Below are positions 11,806 to 25,734 of a stretch of 60,000 nucleotides of DNA, in pieces. The stretch spans positions 54,066,001-54,126,000 of the forward strand of contig CM059438.1 of the NCBI GenBank assembly GCA_030390025.1. Reading direction: 5' to 3'. Origin of the DNA: Squalus acanthias. Taxonomy: Eukaryota. The position numbers were made by a program, and so were the translations under genes. Position 1 is the stretch's first letter. The number at the start of each line of letters is the position of its first letter. The notes under the pieces were generated by a model, which ran no database searches, was not told where the DNA came from, and was given only the letters and a program-made list of their open reading frames with translations.

Positions 11806-11951
11806 GTGCCCGGGGTCCTTCCCTGACCTGGGATTACACCACCATCCATTTATGACCTCACCATTTGTGTTGGACATGGAAGGAACACTTCACTTGTGTT
11901 GTTAACATTAACTTTGCTTAGCTTAACCAGGTTAGTGGTACAGGTACTACA

Positions 11952-12170
11952 AAATAAAAACGGAAAATGCTGGAAATACTTAGCCGGTCAGGCAGCATCT
12001 GTGGAGAGAGAGAGAGAGAGAGAGAAACAGAGTTAATGTTTCAGGTCGATGCATAGACCTGAAACATTAACTCTCTCTCTCTACAGATGCTGCCTGACCG
12101 GCTGAGTATTTCCCGCATTTTCTGTTTTTATTTCAGATTTCCAGCATCTGCAGTATTTTGCTTTTGTATT
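11952..12170. mobile_element. Fold-back (palindromic) Penelope family B terminal fragment
   Basis: Arms ~11952-12047 and 12056-12133 are reverse complements centred on AGGTC-GATGCATA-GACCT. Confidence 0.85.
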
Positions 12171-12734
12171 AATGGCAATACAGCTTTGCTCCTCCTAATC
12201 TGAAATCAGTTCACTTGAATTCATGAGTGTTCAAATTCGAACACTAAATTGCCACTTTGCTGTGGTTTATTTTAGATTGCTTAATTCAAATTATTGGATA
12301 ATTTGAGTATTTAGTGTAAAAATGACTTTGAATTATTAGGAATAGACTATCTGTATGGCCCAGGTTTTATATTTGGGTCATCAGATGGGTGGGGAAGACC
12401 TAGGCAGGTGATGGTGAATGCCATCGCACATTGGGTCTGCCCCATGAACAAGAAATAAGTACGAGCATTCCTTGGGTTGTTGCCTGTTGCCGATTTGTTA
12501 CCTGTTAGTTGTGCAGCTATGCCATTAACTGGGCTTCAAGTGGTCTTTTGTCAGGGCAGAAAATGCTCAGTATTTTGTCGGGCTGTTTTTAAACCTTCAC
12601 ATTCCACACCTCTGCAGCAAGGAGAGGCATCAGTGTGGTACTGAGCTGAAGGAACAAGCTTGCGCAGGAATACCTAGTCATATCTATGTCGCAAGCTGAT
12701 GTCACAAGAAATGGTGTATTCTACAACAAGCAAC

Positions 12735-13800
12735 ACAAGAACAGGAGGAGGCCATTCAGCCACTCGAGCCTGTTCCGCCATTCAATGAGATCATGGCTGC
12801 TCTGTATCTTAACTCCATCTAACAGCCTTGGTTCCGTAACCGTTATTACCCATGCCTAACAAAAGTCCATCAATCTCAGTTTTAAAATTTTCTATTGACC
12901 CCTAGCCTCAACAGCTTTTTAGGGAGAGAGTTCCAGATTTCCACTACCCTTTGTGTGAAGAAGTGTTTTCTGACGTCACCCTTGAACGGCCTAGCTCTAA
13001 TTTTAAGGTTATGCCCCCTTGTTTTGGATAATCCCATCAGAGGAAATAGTTTCTCTCCATCTATCCTCTCAACTCCGTTAATCATCTTAAACACCTCAAT
13101 TAGTTCACCCCTTAATCTTCTACACTCAAGGGAATGCAAGCCTAGTCTACGCAACCTGTCCTCGTATTTAACCCTTTTATCCCTGGGATCATTCTGGTGA
13201 ATCTGCGCTGCACCCCTCCAAAGCTAATATATCCTCCCTGAGGCGCAGTGCCCAGAACGGCAAAGTACTCTAAATGGGGTCTAAGCAGAGATTTGTACAA
13301 CTGTAACATAATTTCCACCCGCTTTGTATTCCAGCCCTCTTGAGATAAAGGCCAACATTCCATTCTCCTTTTCCATTATTTTTTGTACCTGTCCACTAGT
13401 TTTTAGTGATTTCTGTACCTGGACCCCTAAATCTCTCTGCTCATCCACAGTTCCCAGCTTCTCACCATTTAGAAAATACTCTGATCTTTCTTGGGTCCAA
13501 AGTGGATGAACTCACATTTTCCCACATTGAACGCCATCTGCCACAGTTTTGCCCACTCACTTAATCTATGAATGGTCGTTGGCAACTTTCTGCTCCCCTC
13601 TACACTACATACTGTGCCACCTAATTTAGTGTTGTCCGCAAACTTGGATATACGACTCTTTATTCCTTCATCCAACTCATTTATAAATATAGTGAAAAGC
13701 TGAGGCCCCAGTACAGATCCCTGGGGGATACCACTAGTCACATCCTGCCAAATGGAGTACATACCCATTCTCCCATCTCTCTCTCCTACCTTCTAACCAA
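12735..13800 (-). mobile_element. CR1 LINE 3' fragment
   Basis: Minus-strand RT peptides (SGIPQGSVLGPQLF, KFADNTK, HFFTQRVVEIWNSLP) and CR1 3'UTR. Confidence 0.9.
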
Positions 13801-15980
13801 TTCAGGCAGCAGAGGTAGTGATCCAAATGAAGCAGTTCTGTCTTGTTTTGGTCTAGTATCTGTCCTTTTGAATCAGGCACAACATGAGAGTTCAAAAAAA
13901 GACACCAGCATTATCCCAACCTATATCATTACATATACAGGAAACAAGTTTCATATCCTCAGGACATCCCAGAGCGCTTCACAGCCAATTAATTATTTTT
14001 GGAGGGCAATCACCTGTTATGTAGGCAAATGTGTCGGCCAATTTATGAATAAAATTGCACAAACAGCAATGGGGAGTGGCCAGTTCATGTTTTTGGTGGT
14101 GTTGGTTGAGGGATCATTGTTGGCTAGGACACTGGGAGGACTCCCTTGCTGCTCTTTGAATAGTGCCATGAGATCTTTCACATCCACCTGAACGGGCAGA
14201 TGGGGTTTTGGTTTAACGCCTCATCTGAAACGCAACACCCAAAGCTATGACCTACCACTGAGCCAAGCGGTCATTGTTTCTCGAGCAAGGGTCAAACACA
14301 ATCTCACATACATACAGACTAGGTGATTGCATTTGTTCTGGAGATGATGGCCGTTTGTTTTGGAGGAGGCAGACCTTTATGAATATCTAACAATCCTCGC
14401 AACCAGTCAAATGGTATAAAAGGAGCGAATCGAGACGAGTGGGGCTGAGTTAAACAGATTGAAACTTCACAAAGATGGACAGATCTAGCGGCTCCCACTG
14501 CTCATATAGGAGCTGAGAAAGAAAAACACTGGGTCTATAGTTCTTGATAAAAGTGCAGTTTAGGGTATGAATTACAGCCTCTCGCATTTCAAGGAGAGAA
14601 TATAATTACTGTAAATATACATATTTTCACTTCATTGTTTAAATAGTAAACCAGAACGTGGTCTGGTTTGCTACTCTCTCACATTGGGGGACTAGAGGGA
14701 GTCTGTCCATTTCTGGTTGGGATAGTACAAGATAGTATTTCATTGGGGTGAGACGCAGAATTAGTACGTAATAACCCCATGTATTCCTCTATTTAAGGTG
14801 TATGTCCCCCTCTTTAGGTACAACATCATGCAATGCATTGTTAACAGGATATAATCTTAAAATTAGAGCCAGGCCATTTAAAAGGGAAATCAGGAAGCCC
14901 CTTTTTTAACACGAAGGGTAGTGGAAATCTGGAAATCCCTGCCCCAAAAGGCTATGGATGCTCGGACAATTGGAGATTTCAAGACCGAGATCGATAGTTT
15001 TGTTCGGTAAGGGTATCAAGGAATATAGAGCAAAGGCGGATAAATGGAGTTGAGGTACAGATGAGTCATGATCTAATTGAATGGTGGAACATGCTCGAGG
15101 GGCTGAATGACCTACTCCTGTTCCGATATTCCTGTGTTAAAGGATCAGCTGTTGATTCTCTTCCTGTGCTGGTGTTGAACCTACTGAGTGCGCGTGTGTC
15201 AGTGTGGGTTTACTTAACCCTAACTTCCTACGGAAAGCATTTTTTTCTGGACTTCTGAGGGAGCTCTGATCTGACCCTCCTGATAGTACAAGGTGTTACT
15301 ATGCTGAGGTGCTGCAGCTATCACTGGCTACATTTTCCTTTTTTAAAGCTATTCTGGATTCTGCTGCCACTGTTTGTGGTAGGGCATTCCATGTCCTAAC
15401 TCTTCGTTCTTTTAATGATCGATCTTTATGTCCTCTCGTTACCGACTCACGGACCCGTGGAAGTAGTTTTCCCCCATTTACCCCATCAAAGCCCCAGATA
15501 ATTTTGAAGACCTCGATCAGCTCTCCTGTTAACCTTATTTGTTCCAATGAGAAAGGCTCTAATTTTTCTAGTCTCTCAGCGACACTTCTCATCTTTGGGG
15601 TCATCATGTCTTAATAAGTCTCTCTTGCACCCACTCCATGGTCGTCAACTCCCAACTGTCTAGCCTTTTTCCCTGCATTTGCCACACTACTTCTGCAGCT
15701 GTCGATCTACAAAATCGCACCCTTTGATGCCCTTGTCCCCAGTCAAACCCTCTCTCTCTCCCACCCTGGTCATTCCCCCGGTACAGCCCCAGCTTTGTTC
15801 CCTTAATCCAAGGGACACAGATTTAAATGTTTTTGTCACCAGATCTGGCTGGCCCACATCAAGCACTATCAGGCCCTGTTCTCCTCTGCCAAAACTGCTC
15901 CCCATTCCAGGATCATCCTGAAATACAAAGATAACTCCTGGCTTCTTTTCTCCACTACCAACCATCTCTTTAAACCCCGA

Positions 15981-17060
15981 GCATGGATTGAGGATTGGTT
16001 AACTGACAGAAAACAGAGAGTAGGAATAAACAGGTCATTTTCGGGTTGGCAGTTTGTAACTAGTGGGGTACCGCAAGGATCAGTGCTTGGGCCTCAGCTA
16101 TTCACAATCTACATCAATGATTTGGATGAGGGGACCAATTGTAATATATCCAAGTTTGCTGATGATACAAAGCTAGGTGGGAATGTAAGTTGTGAGGAGG
16201 ATGCAAAGAAGCTTCAAGGGGATATAGACAAGCTAAGTGAGTGGGCAAGAACATGTCAAATGGAACATAATGTGGAGAAATGTGAAGGTATCCACTTTGG
16301 TAGGAAAAATAGAAAAGCAGAATATTTTTTAAATGGTGAGAAATGTTGGTGTTCAGAGGGACCTGGGTGTCCTTGTACACGAATCACTGAAAGTTAACAT
16401 GCAGGTACAGCAATGTAATTGGGAAAGCAAATAGTATGTTGGCCTTTATTACAAGAGGATTTGAGTATAAGAGTAAAGACATCTTATTGCAATTATATAG
16501 GGCCCTGGTGAGACCACACCTGGAGTATTGTGTAGAGTTTTGGTCTCCTTACCTAAGGAAGGATATACTTGCCATAGAGGGAGTGCAACGAAGGTTCACC
16601 AGACTGGTTCCTGGGATGGGGGGATTGTCCTATGAGGAGAGATTGAGTAGACTAGGCTTATATTCTCTAGAGTTGAGAAGAATGAGAGGTGATCTAATTG
16701 AAACATACAAAATTCTTACAGGGCTTGACAGGGTAGATGCAGGGAGGCTGTTTCTCCTGGCTGGGGAGTCTAGAACCAGGGGTCACAGTCTCAGAATAAG
16801 GGGTCGGCCATTTAGGACTGAGATGCAGAGAAATTTCTTCACTCAGGGTGATGAATCTTTGGAATTCTCTACACCAGAGGGCTATGGAGGCTCAGTCATT
16901 GAGTATATTGGAGACAGATCGATAGATTTTTGGATATCAAGGGATATGGGGATAGTGCAGGAAAGTGGAGTTGAGGTAGAAGATCAGCCATGATCTTATT
17001 GAATGGCAGAGCAGGCTCGAGGGGCCAAATGGCCTACTCCTGCTCCTATTTCTTACGTTC
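15981..17060 (+). mobile_element. CR1 LINE 3' fragment nested in L2
   Basis: ORFs 16083..16397 and 16436..16993 with CR1 RT motifs; CR1 3'UTR. Confidence 0.9.
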
Positions 17061-18574
17061 TTTCCCCTGCCTCCCCCACTCTCGCTTTCAACAAGTGTGA
17101 GGAGCTCATGGACTTCTTTGTCACTAAGATTGAGACCATCTGTTCAGCTGCCTCTGCCGCTTCCTCCCTCCTCCATGCCCACCAAACCAAACATCCACTA
17201 ATGTTCCCAACTGCCCCAGCCCTGAACTCGCATCTTTTTCTAGTTTCTCTCCTATCCCACCTCATGCCCTCTCTGAGCTCACCTTGTCCATGAGACCCAT
17301 CTCCTGCTCTCTCGACCCTTTTCCCACCAAACTGCTGGGCCCCCATGCTAACTGATATTGTTCAATGATTCCCTCTCCTCATGTACTGTCTCCAACTCCC
17401 CCCACCCCCCAAAATCAAATCTGCCGTCATCACCCCTCTCAAAACAAACCTCCCATGACCCCTCTGACCTTGCAAATTACCGCTCTTTCTCCAACGTCCC
17501 TTTACCCTTGAGTCCTTGAGCAAGTCACCTCCCAAATCCCTACCCATCTTTCCCACTACTCACTCAATCCGCCCCACCACAGCACTGAAACGGCCCTGAT
17601 CAAAGTCACAAATGACATCCTGTGTGACTGACCATGGTAAACTGTCCCTCCTCACCTTCCTCAACCTGTCTGGAGCCTTTGACACGGTTTCCCACAGCAT
17701 CCAACGCCTTTCCTCTCTTGTCCAGCTGAGTGGGACTGCTCTCACGTGGTGCCAGTCGTAGCCAGACAATCTCCTGCAATGGCTTCCTGATATATCCGTG
17801 GCCCCCCCTCCTATTTCTCATCAACATGCTGCCCCTCGGAAACATAATCCAAAGACATGTCGTCAGGTTCCACATGTATGCTGACAACACCCAGTTCTAC
17901 CTCACCACCACCTCTCTCGACCCTTCCACTACTTCTCTGTTGTCAGACCAATGTTGGATGAGCTGAAATTTCCTCCAGTTAATCACTGGGCAGTTCGAAG
18001 CCATTGTTTTCTGTCCCCACCACAAACTCCGTTCCTTAGCCACTGATTCCATCCCCCTCCCGGGCTACTGTCCCAGGATGAACCAGCATGTTCGCCACCT
18101 TGGTGTCCTATCTGACCCCGAGCTGAGCTTCTGACCCTATATCCTCATCCACCTCTAACATCGCCCAACTTTGCCTCAGCCTATCTGCTGCTGAAACCCT
18201 CATCCATGCTTTTGTTAACACCAGACTCGACTATTCCAACGCTCTCCTGGCCAGACTCCCATCTTCCACCCTCCATAAACTTGAGCTCATCCAAAACTCT
18301 GCTTCCTGTATCCTAACTCGCACCAAGTCCCGCTCACCCATCACCCCTCTGTGCTCGCTGACCTACATTGGCTCCTGGTCTGGCAACGCCTCAGTTTTAA
18401 AATTCTCATTCTCGTGTTGAAATCCCTCAATGGCCTCGTCCCTCCCTATCTCTGTAACCATCTCCAGCCCTACAACCTTCTGAGATACCTACGCTCCTCC
18501 TATTCTGGCATCTTGTACATCCTCCACTTCCTTTGTCCCACTGATCGCAGCCGTGCCTTCAGCTGAATAGGCCC

Positions 18575-19050
18575 ATAAGAACATAAGAAATAGGAGCAGG
18601 AGTCGGCCATTTGGCCCCTCGAGCCTGCTCCGCCATTCAATAAGATCATGGCTGATCTGATTTTGGCCTCAACTCCGCTTTCCTGCCCACTCCCCATAAC
18701 CCTTGACTCCCCTATAGTTCAAAAATCTGTCTATCTCCACCTTAAATATATTCAATGACCCCGCCTCCACAGCTCTCTGGGGTAGAGAATTCCAAAGATT
18801 CACGACCCTCAGAGAAGAAATTCCTCCTCTCAGTTTTAAATGGGCGACCCTTTATCCTGAAACTATGCCCCCTAGTTCTAGATTCCCCCCACGAGGGGAA
18901 ACATCCTCTCTGCATCAACCTTGTCAAACCCCCTCAGAATCTTATATGTTTCAATAAGATCACCTCTCATTCTTCTAAACTCCAATGAGTATAGGCCCAA
19001 CCTGCTCAACCTTTCTTCATAAGACAACCCCTTCATCTCCGGAATCAACC
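18575..19050 (-). mobile_element. CR1 3' end nested in L2
   Basis: (ATAAGAAC)n tail and CR1 3'UTR on the reverse strand. Confidence 0.85.
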
Positions 19051-19589
19051 TAATCAAAGCTCTGGAATTCCCTCCCTAAACCACTCCGTCTCTCTACCTC
19101 TCTCTTCTCCTTTAAGATGCTCCTTAAAACCTAGCTCTTTGACCAAACTTTGAGTCACCTTTGGCTTGGTGTCAAATTTTGTCTGATTACGCTCCTGTGA
19201 AGCTCCTTGCGATGTTTGACACTGTTAAAGGCGCTATATAAATGCAAGTTGTTGTTGATGTCGTGCCTAAACTGGTCACGATATTTTAAAAACCTTAATC
19301 TACCCTCCAATGATTGGCTAGGCGTCATGATAGTGCAGAAACAGTGACACAAGTGCACTGCACAAGTCAGCAGATTGAACAACGGTATACTGTGGTGGTC
19401 AGGCAGAGGGGGTCTGTCGGATGGCTCCTGTCACCTACAGTATGTTTACACAGTTTGTGTGTACTTCAGGGTTTTATAAAAGTCTCATTTTTGTCTTTAT
19501 GCCAAGAAAGATGACTTTCGAAAAGCTTGTAAAGCTGAGGTTTGTAATTCTTGCAGTATGCTCTGTTCTTCATTGTATTTATTTTACAG

Positions 19590-19618
19590 CAAGAAGTAAC
19601 AGAAGTGCCGGAAGCTGA

Positions 19619-19649
<31 letters not shown>

Positions 19650-19711
19650 CCAGAGGTGTGTTCCGACACTGTAACCCAGGATCAATACCATAAACATCCT
19701 CTACAGAACAG
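19590..19711 (+). CDS. eif4e1c: eIF4E-1C exon 2 (QEVTEVPEADP-A9-PEVCSDTVTQDQYHKHPLQNR)
   Basis: Acceptor TTTTACAG, donor GTCGGT; conserved KHPLQNR motif; 122 nt, phase 0 to 2. Confidence 0.95.
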
Positions 19712-19939
19712 GTCGGTCTGAGTGTACATCAGGGCAAAACCAACGCACCAGGGACTGACATACTTTCATGGCAATTTTGGGAAGGTGGCAAAAGGGCTGA
19801 AGAGCTGAAAGGAATTTTGGGTTTTGTATCTAGAGGTATAGAGTATAAAAGGAAAGAGGTCATGTTGAACTTGTACCAGACTGGAGTTAGGGGGTAGTCG
19901 CAGTATTGTGTATAGTTTTGGCACCCTATTATGGGAATC

Positions 19940-22900
19940 ATAGAAACTTACAGCACAGAAGGAGGCCATTCAGCCCGTTGTGCCTGTGCTGGCTCTTTGG
20001 AAGAGCAGTCGTGCTCAGTCCCACATCCCCGCTTTTTGTCCATAACCCTGTAAATTTCTCATTCTCAAGTACCCATCCAACTCTCTTAAAATTATTGATG
20101 GAATCAGCTTCCACCACCTTTTCAGGTAGAGCGTTCCAGATCCCGACGACTCAGTGAAAACATTTCTCCTCATCTCCCCTCTAGACCTTTTTCCAATGAT
20201 TTTAAATCTATGGCCTCTGGTTATTGACCCAGAGGGAACAGCCTTTATCTATTCTATTAAAACTCCTCATCATCTTGAAAACCTCTATTAGGTCACCTCT
20301 TAACCTTCTCTGTTCCAAGGAGATCAATCCTAACTTTTCCAACCTCTCCTCATAACTGAAGTCTCTCATCCCTGGTAAACCTCCTCTGTACCCTTTCTAA
20401 GGCCTTTACATCTTTCCTGAAGTGTGGGGCCCAGAATTGTCCACAATACTCCAGCTGAGCCCTAACCAGTGATTTATAAAGTTCTAACATGATCTCTTTG
20501 CTTTTATATTCTATGCCTCTATTTAATAACCCAAGTAACCCATATGCTTTTTTAACCATCTCCAACTTGCCCTGCCAACTTTAAGGATTTGTGTATATGG
20601 ACACCGAGGTCTCTCTGCTCATGTACACGTTTTCAAAATCGTGCCATTTATAGTATACTGTCTTTCCTTATTATTCCTCCCAAAGTGCAGCACATCACAC
20701 TTCTCCGCATTGAACTCCATCTGCCATGCTTCTGCCCATTTCATCATCCTGAAGCCTACAACTATCCTCATCACTATCTACTAGGTTGCCAAGTTTTGTA
20801 TCATCTGCAAACTTTAGAATGCTGCTCCCTACACCTGAGTCGAGGTCGTTTATAAAAATTGCAAAGAGTAATGGACCCAAAAATGACCCTTGAGAAACAC
20901 CACTGCAAACCACCTCCCAGTCTGAAAAACATCCATCCACCAGCACCTTCTGCTTCCCGTCACTGAGCCTATTCCATATCCATACTGCGACTTTCCCCTT
21001 AATTCCCTGGGCTTCCATCTTCTGAATAAGCCTCCTATGTGACACTTTGTCAAATGCCTTCTGAAAGCCCATATATACAATCTACAGCACTACCTTGATC
21101 ACCCTTCTCTGTTACCTTATCAAAGAATTCAATCAAGTTAGTTAGACACGATTTGCCTTTCACAAATTCATGCTGGCTCTCCTTGATTAACCCATGTCTT
21201 TCAAAATGAAAGTTTATTTTGTCCCTGATAATGGTTTCCAATAACCTCTCCACTGCCGATGTTAGGCTGACTGGCCTGTAGTTTCCTGGTTTATCCCTCT
21301 CCTCTTTCTTGAATAGTGGTATAACATTAGCAACCCTCCAGTCCTCCGGCACCACTCCTGTATCCAATGAGGATTGAAAGATTGTGACCAATGCCTCTGC
21401 TATTTCTACCTTTGCTTCTTTCAGCAACCTAGGATGCATTCCATCTGGACCAGGTGACTTACCAACTTTCCTTAATGTTAATCTTTTTAGTATGTCTTCG
21501 CTATCTATTATCATCCTGTCCATAACTTCTCTCTCCTCTTTTAGTGTAACTTTCACATCATCCGCTTCCTTTGTGAAGACAGATGCAAAGTACTCATTTA
21601 ATACTTTTGCCATGTCCTCTGCCTCTACATGAAGATTTCCCTTTGGGTCCTTAATAGGCCCAACTTCTTCCCTAGCTAACCTCTTCCACTTTATATGTTT
21701 ATAAAAAGTTGTAAAATGTTGCCTGCTAATCTTTTCTCTTTGCCTCTCGTATTAACTTTTTCAGTTTCCACCTGCACTTTCTGTAATTTCCTGGTTATTA
21801 ACTGAATCTTGCTCCTGACATTTGTCATAAGCCTCCTTTTTCTGTTTTATTTTAACTTTTATTTCCTTTGTCATCCTGAGCGCATTAGCTTTGGATGCTC
21901 TACCTTTTCCCTTCAAAAGGTATATGCCTAGTTTGTAGCTGAACTATCTCTTCCCTGAATGCCCTCCATTGCTCAGTTACTGCTTTAACCTGCAATCGCT
22001 TTTTCCAATCTACCTGTTCTAGGTCCCTTCTTAAATCACCGAAATTAGCTCTTCTCCAGTTGAGTATATTTGGCTTCGATATTTTCTGGTCTCTTTCCAT
22101 AATTACTTTAAACCGAATTATGTTGTGGTCACTGTTAGCTAGATGATCTCATACTGTAACACACTCCACTTGCCCTACTTAATTTCTCAGAACCAGATCC
22201 AACACTGCTTCCTTCCTTGTTGGACTGGAGACATATTGATCGAGAAAGTTCTCCTGTGCACGTCAGAACTTCCTCTCCTTCCCTACCCTCAGCACTATGT
22301 TTTTCTCAGTCTATATTAGGGTAATTAAAGTCTCCGAATATTACTATATTTTTGTTACACGCCTTTGAAATTTGCAAACAGATTTGCTCATCTATCTCCC
22401 CTTCACTGTTTGGAGCTCTATTTAAAAAAAAACTCGCAATGTAACAGTTCCCCCTCTTGAACTCAAGCCAAATAGATTCAGTAATACTATCGAGTAAATC
22501 CTTTCTATTTAGAACTGTAACATCATCCTTAATCAATACTGCCACGCCCCCTCCTTTTTCCTTCTCTATCATTCCTGAATACTTGATAACCAGGAATATT
22601 AAGAACCCATTCCTGGCCTTGTTTGAGCCATGTCTCTGTTAACGCAACTCGTCATAATCTCATGTGGCAACTTGTGCCTGCAGCTCACCAGCCTTATTAG
22701 TTACACTACGGACATTGATGTACATACAATTGAATACCTCCTTCGTCACTCTTGCTATTTTCCTCAATCTGGTCCCTGCAATTTTTGGGATATTTTAAAT
22801 TTTACTGCTGTTTATATCTGTCCCCTGATCTCATTGCTGCGATTTTCTGGTTCCCCTCCCCAACAGTACTAGTTAACTTCTCAGCGAGAACATTGGTCCT

Positions 22901-24330
22901 GGCTTTGTTCAGGTGCAACCCGCCCATCTTGTACAGGTGCCCCATCCCCCACAACCAGTCCCAATGCCCCACACCCTCCCTCCTGCACCACGTTTCCAGT
23001 CACACATTTACCTGCACTATCATCCTGTTTCTATACTCACTAACATGTGGCACTGGGAGTAATCCTGCGACTACTCCCTTTTTGAGGGCCTGTTTTTTGA
23101 TCTTTCTCCTAGCTCCTGAAACTCTGCCGAAAGGACCTCAATACTTTTTCTACCTATGTCATTGATTCCAACATGGACCACGACTTCTGGCTGTTCCCCT
23201 TCCCCTCGCAAAATGTCCTGTACGTGCTCAGTGATATCCTTTACCCTGGCACCAGGGAGGCAACATACCATGTGTTTATGGTTGGAGAAATGCCTGCCTA
23301 TGCCCCTAACTATGGAATCCCTATGACTACTGTATTTCTACTCTTTTTTTTCTCTATGCAGTCAAATCTCCTGTGGTGCCAAGGGTTTAATTCTTACTGC
23401 ATTCCTCCAAGGAGCCGTCGCCCTCCCCGGTATTCAATACTGAAAACAGTGTAGTGAGTGCCACTGGCTTGGTGGATTGCTTCACTGCCCGTGTCTTCCT
23501 CCTACCCTGCCTGGTGGTTACCCACTCCCTCACCTCCTGCACCTACTGTGGCAATGGGGTGACCACCTCCTAGAACGTCCAATCCAGGAAACTCTCAGAC
23601 TCCTGGATACACAGCAGTAACTCCAGCAGCTCCTCATGATCCGAAACTCTGAGCTTGAGCTCAAGCAACTGGCTGCACTTCTTGCACATATGGTTATCCA
23701 GGATTAATGAAGTGTCCTGGAGTTCCCACATAGAACAGGATGCGCATGCAACAGGACCCTGCTGGCCTGCCATGGTAGTCAATCCACTGACCTCTAAATC
23801 ACTGAGACCCTGACCACTAAAACACTTGACACTGAACTCTTTAAAAATATAAGACTCTGATGTCTAAGACACTGACCTATAAAACTGACTGACCTCCTAA
23901 AAGACTGAGATACCAAAATATTAAAAATTAACTAAAAACACTAGAATTGATATCTATCAATCTAAAACACAATGCAAACTACCATCAAGTGAATTATCAG
24001 CAACAGTAGAATGAAACAAACTAACATGTTGCCCCCAGTTTCTCCCTCTGCGGCAGTGATGTCACTTTGGATTTTCTTTCTCACTTTTTTGCGTTCAGCT
24101 CGCACTCTGACTTGCCCTAAGGCTTGTTCTCTCCACTCACACTGACTCTGCTGCCGGTTCTCCCGCTTTTATCTGTTGTCCTCTCGCACCGATTCCCCTC
24201 CGGCTTGCTCTTTCCACTCTCTCTGACTCTCGCACCGATTCCCCTCCGGCTTGCTCTTTCCACTCTCTCTGACTCTCGCACTGTTTCCCCTCAGGTTTGC
24301 TCTCACTGACTCTGCTGCCGGTTCTTGGGA
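19940..24330 (-). mobile_element. Near full-length but decayed CR1 LINE (ORF1 Zn-finger plus SGNH esterase; ORF2 APE-RT)
   Basis: ORF1 remnants 23570..23782 (CASCSMWE..CKKC) and 23071..23271 (CLPGARVKD..VVVHVGINDI); APE 22306..22572; RT 20695..21613; tandem repeats in 5'UTR ~24140-24325. Confidence 0.9.
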
Positions 24331-25734
24331 TTGAACCTGGGACGTACTGCTTTCTTTGGGTTAGCAAAGCACCATGCGATGCCTTTATCCTCTCTGTTAC
24401 CGGGGAGCCAGTCATCGACACTGACAGCTCGATGATCCGATTGTGCAGGGTCAAACTTATTGCATTATCACAAGGTTCATGAATGTTGTGCAGTGTGCTG
24501 ATTATCACAGCTGGAGTTGGCAAGAGGGAGTTGTCTGTCGTTTTGCTTCAGCTGCCCACCCTGTGCATTGGCACACTGTGTCTGCAGTGTGTGCTATCTG
24601 CAGGGCGCACTGCAGCAACTTGCCAAGGCCTCTTCAACAGCACCTCCCGAACCCACAACCTCCACCACCTAGAGGGACAAGGACAGTAGGTACATGGGAA
24701 CCCCCTCCAACTTGGACATTTATTGCCGTTCCTTCATTGTCGCCAAGTCAAAATTTTGGATCACCCTATCTAACAGCACTGAGTACCTTCATCACACAGT
24801 AGTTCGGCGGCGGGGCAGGGGTGGTGTGTAAATTTCAGTCATTTTGTGCCTCTTCCACCAGCAGAAACACTCTTACTCTGATTCTTCTCATCTTCTTTCC
24901 TGTTGCACATTTAAATGGTTTCCCCCATCATCCCTCCCCTCCTCAATGACATTTGCACATGTTACTCTCTGACACCTTTCATTTATGAAACCCTTTTGAC
25001 TGGATCCAGGATTTCAGCCATGTATACATAATCTTGCTGAATATACACACAGTATACTGCACACAGACCTATATATATTAAAGTCGCAGTGCTGTGCAGC
25101 TCTCCAAACATCTGTATTCAGTTTCATTATACAACAGCTGTCTGGAACAATTGAATGCTCAGTAATAATGAGCGAACCATGTAGAACTGATCTTCATGCC
25201 TTGTGCAAGATCTCCGGTGCCTATGTATTCCTGGGAAACTGTCCAGATTGGCATCCTGTTTTGGCAAAAATAAACAAATGTTGTGGCTCACCATAGTGTC
25301 TAAATGATGGTCACTGCCCTTTAAACATGATTCATTATGCATTTGAGCTAAAGATGCAGTATTAATGTGGGTATTGCAAAAAGTTAATCAGTGGTCAAAA
25401 AGAGGGCTGTTAAAGTTGAAACTGTAGTAAGTATTCATTTTGGGTGCTTAGTATTGGCAATAAGCATTCACAGATCAAGTATACCACAACCAGCTGCAGG
25501 GTAAAGCTCACTCATCCCTACCCCTGCCTCACATGAGCACCCCTTGTTGCACCATTGTGTTTTTCTCGGTTTCCCCACACAAGCCTCCCTGAGATTCCAC
25601 TTTAGTGACAAACGGCAGATCGTCCTGTATTGTGGTATTGTGTCCTAACCCAATTCACATGGAGGAGAGGTGAAAATAAAACAACGGCAAATGCAAGTGT
25701 ACCGCAGGGCTGCCAATATTTATAACGTGAAGAC

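Larger units (their letters stand above)
11100..12730 (+). mobile_element. Highly decayed Gypsy/Ty3 LTR-retrotransposon pol (RT and RNase H remnants)
   Basis: Peptides WQMVLVPRKKSTWFCVDYCKL, KGI/YW, PFRMKSASAMFQQLV, then LYLGH and VRAFLGL resemble Gypsy RT motifs (IVLVPKK..RFCVDYRKL, PFGMKNAPATFQRL, VRSFLGL). Confidence 0.7.
15630..19260 (+). mobile_element. Decayed L2-clade LINE with nested CR1 insertions
   Basis: L2-type peptides (HMYADNTQFYL, LADLHWL..QRLSFKIL); 3' tail ATAAATGCAAGTTGTTGTTG at ~19240-19258. Confidence 0.8.

Noticed and set aside
24830..25480. Non-repetitive intron 2 segment with forkhead- and octamer-like motifs as an enhancer
   Set aside because: Short motifs are expected by chance in AT-rich DNA; cannot be supported without conservation data
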